Origin: a virus
Reading direction: 5' to 3' (one strand)
DNA: 64,000 nucleotides
Virus record (IMG/VR): IMGVR_UViG_3300046533_000687
Span: 1-64,000 of that record
Shown: positions 15,736 to 23,623 of the stretch, one piece after another
How positions within the stretch are numbered: position 1 is the stretch's first letter
How the letters are laid out: every line of letters starts with the position of its first letter
Position numbers and translations under genes: made by a program
The notes under the pieces: generated by a model
Told to the model about the DNA's origin: nothing
Database searches by the model: none
The model's input: only the letters and a program-made list of their open reading frames with translations

Positions 15736-16842
15736 ATGGAACAGGAAATGAGATTCACGGCGGCAGCGGCAAACAGCCCGCTGGCCAGCGTCATCATGAA
15801 CGCGTTGAAGGGTAGCGGCGGGTGGTCGGTCGACGCGATGCGCCAGCCGGGCATCGACCTGCTCAACGCGGCAGAGTACGAGAACGGCTACCGGTTCCGT
15901 GCGGCAGGTCCTCTGCAGGACAAGGCGCAGGTCGTCATCGACAAGGCGGTCGTCGAGGTCGGACTGCAGCGCCTGACGATCGCGGCCGACATCATGGCGG
16001 CGGGGCTCACCTACACGCTGTCGGATCCGCTCAGCATCGCGCAGCTGGAGTGGAACTCGATGAGCAAGTCGGGAGCTGCACAGCGCACGATGTCACCATC
16101 GGCGAGGGGTGAGAACTCGATGCCCATCATCACGGTGAATCGCCTGCCGATCTACCTGACGACGGACAAGTTCGAGATCGACATCCGGACGCTCAAGACG
16201 TCGCAGCGGATCGGCACGCCGCTCGATACGTCGATGGTCAAGCAGAAGGTGCGGTCGGTGAACGAGGCACTCGAGGACGCGATCATCAACGGCGCCACGA
16301 CGCTGGACGGCCAGGCGCTTGCCGTCTCCGGCTACTCGGCGCCCGGCCTCCTGAACGAGTCGCATGTCAACACGCAGAACCTGACGGCTGCTGCGTGGAC
16401 GACGACCCCGAACGGCCTGACGATCCTGACCGAAGTGCAGGCGATGATCACGAAGCTGCAGGCCGACAAGAAGTTCGGTCCATATCGGCTGTACGTCGGC
16501 ACGCAGATCTCGAACGTGCTTGACACCGACTATAGCACGGCGACCAACACGGTGACGACGATCCGTGAGCGCCTGCTGATGCTCGACTCGCTGCAGGCGA
16601 TCCGCACGGCGGACCTCCTAACCTCGGGCAACGGTGCGACCCCGTCCATCGGCAATAAGGTCATCCTGCTGCAGATGACCTCGGACGTGGTCGACATGGT
16701 CGTCGGACAGCCGCCGACGGTCATTCCGTGGACGTCGCTTGACGGGTTCACGATTCACAACCTGATCATGGCGATCATGATCCCGCGCGTGAAGAGTGAC
16801 TATGAGGGCAACTCCGGCGTGTGCGTCGGGACGACGGCGTAG
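15736..16842 (+). CDS. major capsid protein (HK97 fold, linocin/encapsulin-like)
   Basis: LPIY...F.I.IR.L..S.R.G.PLD, GPY.LYV, IMIPRV; strong RBS and codon bias; position. Confidence 0.85.
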   Translation: MEQEMRFTAAAANSPLASVIMNALKGSGGWSVDAMRQPGIDLLNAAEYENGYRFRAAGPLQDKAQVVIDKAVVEVGLQRLTIAADIMAAGLTYTLSDPLSIAQLEWNSMSKSGAAQRTMSPSARGENSMPIITVNRLPIYLTTDKFEIDIRTLKTSQRIGTPLDTSMVKQKVRSVNEALEDAIINGATTLDGQALAVSGYSAPGLLNESHVNTQNLTAAAWTTTPNGLTILTEVQAMITKLQADKKFGPYRLYVGTQISNVLDTDYSTATNTVTTIRERLLMLDSLQAIRTADLLTSGNGATPSIGNKVILLQMTSDVVDMVVGQPPTVIPWTSLDGFTIHNLIMAIMIPRVKSDYEGNSGVCVGTTA

Positions 16843-16871
16843 TTAAACCGATTCGACGGAGGCGGATTCAT

Positions 16872-17093
16872 ATGGACACACCAACTGAGAAGCCATCCCT
16901 GGATCTCCTCCGTCGAGTATTTGTACCAATTGAGCGACGCACGGTGAAAGGCACGCTCGTCTTCAAGACGCAGGATGGCGACATGTACGCGCGGCTGGCG
17001 GACGGCTCGATTCGACGGACGCACCCGAAGGTTAATGGCAAAGACGCGCGTCGAGCGCGCCAGCAAGCTCGGATGCTTCAAAGAGCATCATGA
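16872..17093 (+). CDS. small basic hypothetical protein
   Basis: GGAGG RBS, MDTPTEKPS... Confidence 0.55.
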   Translation: MDTPTEKPSLDLLRRVFVPIERRTVKGTLVFKTQDGDMYARLADGSIRRTHPKVNGKDARRARQQARMLQRAS

Positions 17094-17328
17094 TGAAAAT
17101 TCGCGCAGCGATTGTTATGCTGGCACTCCTCTCCGCAGCGGTCGTGAGGTACCGATGACGCAGCGTGACGCTGTTTGCCGCTGCGCGGCACGTAGTCGAC
17201 AACGAGACGTCGCTCACGACCGCCGTCGCGTCCGGCGTCTGAGAATAGCGCTCGCATGACTGGACGTAGCGCGGAGGGAAGCGATCGCGGTCCGCGCCGT
17301 TGCCGGAACTTATCAGGAGGTCGGTAGC

Positions 17329-17649
17329 ATGAATACGAATCCGCAGGCCATCGCGTTCGCGAATGGCCGCATCCGCCCCGCCGCAGATCGTCTCGCCCAA
17401 GCCTATTACATGGCGAAGGCGCTGGTAGCGGATTGGAACGCGCAGAACGTGGCGGCGGTGATCATCCCTGGCGATACGGTCAACATCATCAGTGATGGCT
17501 CAGCCACGGACGGGCGGAAACCCATTACCAACGACAACGCCTACGCGATCATCCTGCAGGCCCAAGCCTTGATCACGTTGTATGAGGCGAGCGGTGGAGC
17601 GCCCCTGACCTCCATCCTGCTCGTTGCGCCGAATCCTGCCGTGAAATAG
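17329..17649 (+). CDS. hypothetical virion-associated protein
   Basis: AGGAGG RBS; 106 aa. Confidence 0.7.
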   Translation: MNTNPQAIAFANGRIRPAADRLAQAYYMAKALVADWNAQNVAAVIIPGDTVNIISDGSATDGRKPITNDNAYAIILQAQALITLYEASGGAPLTSILLVAPNPAVK

Positions 17650-17652
17650 CCG

Positions 17653-19014
17653 ATGGCCGTTCCAACCATTCTGGTCAACTCCTCTACGGGCAGCGACTCC
17701 GCTGCCAGTGGCGCTGGGCCAGCGACGGCCAAGACCGGGAGTGCGGGTGTCTCGACAGGCACGACGGTGGTCCTTGACGGGTCTCCCGACTTGTCTGGTG
17801 TCGCCACCGACGGGAGCCATGTCCTGTTCTTCAACGACACCACGAGTGGAAATCGGAACTTTGCCGCCATCACAGGGAAAGCCAATAGCGGCACACCGAC
17901 CGCCCAAGTGACCGTCGCGCTGGCTTTCGCTGTGACCACGAAGGCATGGGCTATCGGCGGGAAGCGGGCCAGCGTCTATGGGTCACTGCGGCTGGTAGAT
18001 AACAACGGGACTGACGCGGACGCGCAGGCGGGCTGGACCGTGCAGATGGAATCGGGCCACACCGAAACCTTCGGCGGGCGGCTGGATGTCCGTGTCTCCG
18101 GCACGACGGTCGGCGCGTTTACGCTGCAGGGCGATCCCGCCGCTAGCGTGACGCCCGTGATCACGACGCCGAATGACATCGTGCCGCGGCAAAACTTCCA
18201 AGCCTACAAATACTTCAGCATCGTCGGCAGTGGTGGTCCCGCGAACGGCTTCATCGAGCTGGCTGGGTATATTCGGTATGAATCGCTGACGTTTTCTAGC
18301 TTTTCAGGGGGCATTAGCCTTGACCTGAGCGGCGGTGGAAACGATCAGGTGATCAACTGCACCTTCACCGCGAATGCCCACGCCATCAGCGTGTCGCAGG
18401 ATACGCAGATCATCGGGAACTACTGCGTCAGTCAAACGGGATCCGCGATCAAGTGCAATACCCAGCCGCTGACGGGATTGCTGATCTATGACAATTTGAT
18501 TACTGGCGCTGGGGCGGAAGGCATTCAACTCGATCAGTCCCGTTCGGATCTATACGCCGGTGTCCACATCATTGCCAACACCATCGACAGTTGCACGGCG
18601 GATGGCATCAAGTATGTCTCGACGGCGAACGGGGCAGGCAACAGCGAAGGAGCGCTCTGCGTCATCAACAACATTCTCAGCAACAATGGAGGCTATGGCC
18701 TCAATGTGGACTCGACGCTGGCGGCGGCAAACTCCAGAGGGATTGTGGTCCGCAGTAATGATACCTACAACAATTCCTCTGGGGCCTATAGTCCGACGGG
18801 TCTCGGGGTGGGGGATCCGGCGACGAATCCGGCGTATGTCGGGAGCGGCAACTACACCCCCACGGCGAGTGCCCTGAAGGGGGCCGCGATCCCACTCTCC
18901 TTGAACGGGGCGACGAACTACCAGTGGATCGGCGCGATTCAGGCGCTCGCCCTGATCCTAGCAATACTCGGAGTCACGATTCAAGAACCGGTCATCGGCA
19001 GCAATACCTTCTAA
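17653..19014 (+). CDS. right-handed beta-helix (pectin-lyase-like) virion protein
   Basis: Repeated I..N.I....GI / NN.GYG parallel beta-helix rungs. Confidence 0.7.
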   Translation: MAVPTILVNSSTGSDSAASGAGPATAKTGSAGVSTGTTVVLDGSPDLSGVATDGSHVLFFNDTTSGNRNFAAITGKANSGTPTAQVTVALAFAVTTKAWAIGGKRASVYGSLRLVDNNGTDADAQAGWTVQMESGHTETFGGRLDVRVSGTTVGAFTLQGDPAASVTPVITTPNDIVPRQNFQAYKYFSIVGSGGPANGFIELAGYIRYESLTFSSFSGGISLDLSGGGNDQVINCTFTANAHAISVSQDTQIIGNYCVSQTGSAIKCNTQPLTGLLIYDNLITGAGAEGIQLDQSRSDLYAGVHIIANTIDSCTADGIKYVSTANGAGNSEGALCVINNILSNNGGYGLNVDSTLAAANSRGIVVRSNDTYNNSSGAYSPTGLGVGDPATNPAYVGSGNYTPTASALKGAAIPLSLNGATNYQWIGAIQALALILAILGVTIQEPVIGSNTF

Positions 19015-19024
19015 AGGAGATAGC

Positions 19025-19654
19025 ATGAGTTTCAAACAGGGCGAGAAGATTCACACGCACGATGGCAAGGTCCACCGTGTCGGAAAGGGCGGCAAGCTGC
19101 CGAAGATGCGCGTGCCCGGAGAGCGGCACGCGATTCGGGGCTTCATCCGAGGGGCGCTGGTCGATTGCCTCTCCGGCGAGGAGCAGGTCGGCGACTGGCA
19201 CGAGAACGTCATCACGACATACGGCTTCGGCATCGTGGTTCGCAACTATGCGGGCCTCGCGTCGTCGGCCTCGTCGGTCGCCGCCACCGTCACATCAGAC
19301 ATGGGCTTTGCCAGGTTCTGGGGCCTGGGCTACCAGACGGAGGCGCAATCCAGCAACTTCAGCACGATGTCGAAGATCGACTCGACGGAGTGGCCGCTTG
19401 CCTCGACAGGTGGCGTCAGCCGCGCGACGGTCTCGGTCGGTTCGCAGCTGCTGAGCGGCACGTACTCGCTCTCGCAGAGCTTCCAGTACGCGAGCAGCCA
19501 GATCAGCCACGCTCAGACCGTGAACTGCATCGCGCAGTACCACCACTCGTCGGTCGGCTCGGGCACGGCGCACTCGCTGGCGACGTTCGCGTCGAGCACG
19601 AAAGGGACGACGCAGGCGCTCAACGTGACGTACAACTGGGTATTTTCAACTTAG
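19025..19654 (+). CDS. putative fibre-base/structural protein
   Basis: AGGAG RBS; HENVITTYG and K.TTQALNVTYNW patterns seen in fibre-attachment proteins; Ser-rich. Confidence 0.5.
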   Translation: MSFKQGEKIHTHDGKVHRVGKGGKLPKMRVPGERHAIRGFIRGALVDCLSGEEQVGDWHENVITTYGFGIVVRNYAGLASSASSVAATVTSDMGFARFWGLGYQTEAQSSNFSTMSKIDSTEWPLASTGGVSRATVSVGSQLLSGTYSLSQSFQYASSQISHAQTVNCIAQYHHSSVGSGTAHSLATFASSTKGTTQALNVTYNWVFST

Positions 19655-19709
19655 TAGGGATGCGCCTAGTAGGGAGGCCGAACGGCGCAACCTTCTTTTA
19701 AGGATGGTC

Positions 19710-19937
19710 ATGGCGAAGCAGAAGCAGACAGGACCAGATCCGAAGTTCACCGTTCCTATCGGCACCGAGGGCGCCCCTCTGGAGATCATCTACGGGCATA
19801 ACACGGCGGTCAAGAAGGTGCTGATGCAGTTCAATTTGCTCACCAGCAGTTTGATTTTGACGCCAGAGGATGCCCGCGACGTGGCGCGCAAATTGCTCCA
19901 TTATGCCGACATGGCCGACGGAAAGAAGGCCATGTGA
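19710..19937 (+). CDS. hypothetical protein
   Basis: ORF in operon, LTPEDAR..A motif. Confidence 0.55.
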   Translation: MAKQKQTGPDPKFTVPIGTEGAPLEIIYGHNTAVKKVLMQFNLLTSSLILTPEDARDVARKLLHYADMADGKKAM

Positions 19938-20434
19938 CGCCCAAACTGCGCAAGAAGATCGAGGCCAAGAAGGGGATCCTGCTTGACATCTCCTTCGGCG
20001 GGGCTACTCAACCTCGTAGTATCACCCTCGGTCCGAAGGGCGACATCCGTCAGCCTCCAACCGATACATTTCAACTACGTTCCGCGTGCGTTCATACGGC
20101 GATCGTGACGCACGTCCTGGAGTTCATTGAACCGCAGAAATACTTTGCGTGGTGGAATAATTTGCACCGCGTGATGTTGAAGGATGGCATCGTCTACATC
20201 AGCGGACCCTACGGCGGCGACGAGAGTCAGGGCTGGCTCTCAGACCCGACGCATCGGATTCGGATCGTCGAGCAGAGCTTCGCGTGGCTCGACCCGCAGA
20301 CACCGTTCTACGCGCTGCACGAAGCAAGGGGGCGCAAGACGCCGCTGCCGTGGAAGACGTTGACAGTTGCGCGCGTACCCGGCGCGCATGGCACGGTGAC
20401 GTACAACGTGACGATGCAGGCGGTGAAGAAATGA
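19934..20434 (+). CDS. class I SAM methyltransferase-like protein
   Basis: LLDISFGG, HVLEFI, HRVML..G, SDPTH motifs typical of Methyltransf_11-like proteins. Confidence 0.6.
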   Translation: MTPKLRKKIEAKKGILLDISFGGATQPRSITLGPKGDIRQPPTDTFQLRSACVHTAIVTHVLEFIEPQKYFAWWNNLHRVMLKDGIVYISGPYGGDESQGWLSDPTHRIRIVEQSFAWLDPQTPFYALHEARGRKTPLPWKTLTVARVPGAHGTVTYNVTMQAVKK

Positions 20435-20766
20435 GCGACAAATCTATTCGCGCTGTCGCAATCGACGATCCGATCTGCCCGATGTGCCGGACACCGACAC
20501 TCGGCGTTGATGAGGGCATTGGTCGCTCGGCATATGAATCCGATGTAAGCGAAGAAGGTGAAGATGAGATGCTCATCACGACTACGATGTGGTGGAAGAC
20601 GCGCTGCCACACGTGCAAGACGTCCGTTGAGCGGCATTTACTTGGCGTGGTCGGTTGCCAAGAGGGAGGCTTTGAGCCTAACGTGTCCGAGGAAGTTGAA
20701 CCGACACCTCACGGTCTCATCATCAAGGAACTGCGCGAGCTGAAGGAAAGTTTGGCGGTGAAGTGA
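20431..20766 (+). CDS. Zn-ribbon hypothetical protein
   Basis: CPMC ... CHTC. Confidence 0.5.
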   Translation: MSDKSIRAVAIDDPICPMCRTPTLGVDEGIGRSAYESDVSEEGEDEMLITTTMWWKTRCHTCKTSVERHLLGVVGCQEGGFEPNVSEEVEPTPHGLIIKELRELKESLAVK

Positions 20767-22127
20767 TGGACATCCGCACAATCACCGAACTCTCCAAGCT
20801 ACTCGGCTCTCGACGCCCGAAGAGCGTCTACGAGATTGGCAGCCTGAACATCAACGGCAGCGTCCGGACCCTCTTCCGCGACGCGAAGGAGTATCACGGC
20901 ATCGACATCGTCGAAGGCCGGGATGTCGATACAGTCGGCTACGGCTCGACATATGAACCTCCGTTTCGCCCCGACTGCGTCGTATGCTGTGAGGTCTTCG
21001 AGCATACGCCTGACACTGAGGCGATTGTCAATCAGATGGCGAAGCTCGTCGTCCCTGGTGGCATCGTCCTGATCTCCTGTGCCGGGACACAGCGTCCGCC
21101 GCACAGCGCGGTAGATGGAAAGGATCTGCCGGATGACGAGTACTACGCTGGCATCGACCATCTGGTGCTGACCGAATGGCTGAAGGCAGCAGGCCTCGTC
21201 AACCTCCGGCTGATCATCGGCTGTCTGCCGGATACGACAGACCCGGATACCCAGGGCGTGCACGACATCTACATGATCGGGCAGAAGCCGATTGGCGCTT
21301 TGGCCAATCCGTACGACCCCGTCACGATGGGATCGTCGGCCGCGAATGCACCGCCGGCAGACATCGCCACGCCGAAGCAGCTGACGGTCGTCGAGCAAGG
21401 CAAGACGACTCTCGAAGAGCTCGCGCAGTCCGTGCTCGATACGCGGGAGAAGTACGGCGAGGTTCTCCAGGCTTACCACGAAGTCTGGTACAACGCGCCG
21501 CATACGTGGAGCTACACGCAGTTCCTGAATATCGGGGTCATGAAGTCGCCTAACGACATGTGGATCTATCAGGACATCATGGTGAACCACAAACCGCAGA
21601 CGGTCATCGAGACCGGGACGTATCAGGGAGGTTCGGCGCTGTGGCTTGCCTCGCTTGCCGACCTGATGGGGATCGACACGAAGATCTTCACCATCGACAT
21701 CAAGGACTTCCGGCGCTGTGCGCATCCACGCATCACGTTCATCCGCGGCGACTCGACAGATCCAGGATTGGCGGCGGACTTGGCCAAGCAGGTTGAAGGA
21801 TCGCTGCTGGTGATCCTCGACGCGGATCATTCTGCCGAGCACGTGCGAAAGGAGCTCGAGCTGTACGCGCCGCTCTGCAAGGTCGGCGACTGGCTCGTCG
21901 TCGAAGATACGAACATCGCGTGGCCTGGCGAGCAGGGCGACCGCGGTGCAGCAGGAGGGCTGGCCGACTACCTCGCGCAGCATCCTGGCGAGTGGCAGCA
22001 GGACATCTTGTCCGAGCGGTTCCTGTTGACGATGAATCCCGGCGGGTGGATGCGCCGCGTCGGCGTGTACAGGGAGTTTTACTACGAAGGCGAACTACAG
22101 AAGCAGCAGCTGGAGAGTGTGAAGTGA
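20766..22127 (+). CDS. double methyltransferase (class I SAM MTase + CmcI/rhamnosyl O-methyltransferase domain)
   Basis: N-term EIGSLNINGSVR, CCEVFEH; C-term KSP.D.W.YQ, IETGT..GGSA, VILDADHS..HV..EL, VVEDT. Confidence 0.8.
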   Translation: MDIRTITELSKLLGSRRPKSVYEIGSLNINGSVRTLFRDAKEYHGIDIVEGRDVDTVGYGSTYEPPFRPDCVVCCEVFEHTPDTEAIVNQMAKLVVPGGIVLISCAGTQRPPHSAVDGKDLPDDEYYAGIDHLVLTEWLKAAGLVNLRLIIGCLPDTTDPDTQGVHDIYMIGQKPIGALANPYDPVTMGSSAANAPPADIATPKQLTVVEQGKTTLEELAQSVLDTREKYGEVLQAYHEVWYNAPHTWSYTQFLNIGVMKSPNDMWIYQDIMVNHKPQTVIETGTYQGGSALWLASLADLMGIDTKIFTIDIKDFRRCAHPRITFIRGDSTDPGLAADLAKQVEGSLLVILDADHSAEHVRKELELYAPLCKVGDWLVVEDTNIAWPGEQGDRGAAGGLADYLAQHPGEWQQDILSERFLLTMNPGGWMRRVGVYREFYYEGELQKQQLESVK

Positions 22128-23083
22128 AGTGGACAAAAGAAGCGGCCATCGCTCATCGAGAGCGCGTAGACGAACGCGCCAACCGCAAGGCTGACGTCGA
22201 GAAGCGAGATTGGGCGGAACACAAGCACGCGCGAAAGCTGAAACGAACGAAGTCCATGCTCGGCGAAGTCTCGAAGGGCATCTTCGTCAACCCGGTCAAC
22301 CCGAAGACTGCCGAGAATCAGGTCCAGGTCCTCCTCGGTACGCCGACACTCGGAACGGTGCGCATCGAATGGCACAACATGATGAAGGGCATGGTCAGCC
22401 CGCCGAACTGGTCGCTGATCACCAGCACGCCGACAGGCTATACGGTGCCAGACGCGCAGAACATGCTGGTCGACACGATGCTGCGTGGCAACCTGCGGGC
22501 CTTGCTGCTCATCGAGGATGATACCTGTCCACCTCCGCACGCCATCCTGACATTCGACCGCTGGTTCTGGAAGATGGAGCGTCGACTGGCGCCGCCGGTC
22601 GTCAGCGGCCTGTATCACATCAAGGGTAGCGCGGAGGTGCGGAATGGCAAGAAGGGCGGAGTCGAACTGCTTGGTCCTGAACCACTTGCATACAGGGGGA
22701 GTGGGCAGCGTGCCTATCGTGACTGGAAGATGGGCGATGTCATCTGGGTGTCCGGCGTGCCGACTGGTGCACTCCTTCTCCATCGCTCGATCCTTGAGGC
22801 ATGGGCGAAAGAGCCGGACGTCGAAGAGTACGCTGTGCCGGGCTACCCGCACGTCATGAAGCGCATCTTTCAGCAGCCGTCGCACGTCTGGGTAGATCCC
22901 GAGACGAAGGGCGTGCATGTTGCAAGTGGCACCTCGGACTTGTGGTGGTCGGAGCAGACGATCAAGAGGGGCCTGCTCGAGAAGGCTGGCTGGAAGAAGT
23001 ACGCGAAGAAGGAGTTCCCATACATCATCGATACGGGCATGCACTTCAAGCACATCGATCGTGCGACGGGGATGATGTACTGA
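22124..23083 (+). CDS. glycosyltransferase, GT-A/GT2-like
   Basis: VLLGTPT, LLLIEDD (DxD-like), VVSGLY, PTGALLLHR, IDTG..F.H. Confidence 0.6.
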   Translation: MKWTKEAAIAHRERVDERANRKADVEKRDWAEHKHARKLKRTKSMLGEVSKGIFVNPVNPKTAENQVQVLLGTPTLGTVRIEWHNMMKGMVSPPNWSLITSTPTGYTVPDAQNMLVDTMLRGNLRALLLIEDDTCPPPHAILTFDRWFWKMERRLAPPVVSGLYHIKGSAEVRNGKKGGVELLGPEPLAYRGSGQRAYRDWKMGDVIWVSGVPTGALLLHRSILEAWAKEPDVEEYAVPGYPHVMKRIFQQPSHVWVDPETKGVHVASGTSDLWWSEQTIKRGLLEKAGWKKYAKKEFPYIIDTGMHFKHIDRATGMMY

Positions 23084-23373
23084 TGGTCACGACAGTTGCA
23101 TGCCCTGTCTGTACCAAACCACGCGAGGAAGATTCGCCATGTTGGTGGTGTGAGGATGGCCTTTCGAAGACGAAGCACTCGTGGAGTTGGAAGGGTTGTG
23201 GCGTGTGCCACGGATCTTGCCATGGCGGACATTGCGGAAATGGATGTGAGGCATTCGGTGGATGCCGGAAAACTAGATGCATCTGCAGTCTGATCGGTCC
23301 ATGTCGCCCGTGGTGGAAGCCGAGATGGCTAGGTAACTGGATGTTTGGAAGGCGAATTCGGAATGTCTACTGA
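23083..23373 (+). CDS. Cys/His-rich small protein
   Basis: Numerous CxxC/CH motifs; TGATG coupling. Confidence 0.4.
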   Translation: MVTTVACPVCTKPREEDSPCWWCEDGLSKTKHSWSWKGCGVCHGSCHGGHCGNGCEAFGGCRKTRCICSLIGPCRPWWKPRWLGNWMFGRRIRNVY

Positions 23374-23623
23374 CAACATCGGCATCGCTGACCTTGTCTT
23401 CGTCGAGATGCAAGAATGCGCACCACTCGATACCGTTATTGAAGAACAGGTGCATTCAGTAGACGCCGTGCACCCAAGCAACGTGCTCGCCGGCACGACG
23501 CACCGTGACTGTGGTGGAATCGTGCGCTGGGAATATGAGTCGGACAAGCCTGTCGAGTTCGGGCAGGCGCGGTGTAAGAAGTGCGGACAGGTGGTGACCG
23601 TGCGAGGCGCGCTAGTTGGCTGA
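23363..23623 (+). CDS. Zn-ribbon hypothetical protein
   Basis: HRDCGG ... CKKCG. Confidence 0.5.
   Translation: MSTDNIGIADLVFVEMQECAPLDTVIEEQVHSVDAVHPSNVLAGTTHRDCGGIVRWEYESDKPVEFGQARCKKCGQVVTVRGALVG

Noticed and set aside
15736-16842. Bacterial encapsulin nanocompartment
   Set aside because: The context with terminase, portal, protease and tail genes shows it is the phage major capsid protein.
17090-17320. ncRNA between capsid and appendage genes
   Set aside because: Better explained as decayed coding remnants (signal-peptide-like stub); no convincing stable structure.
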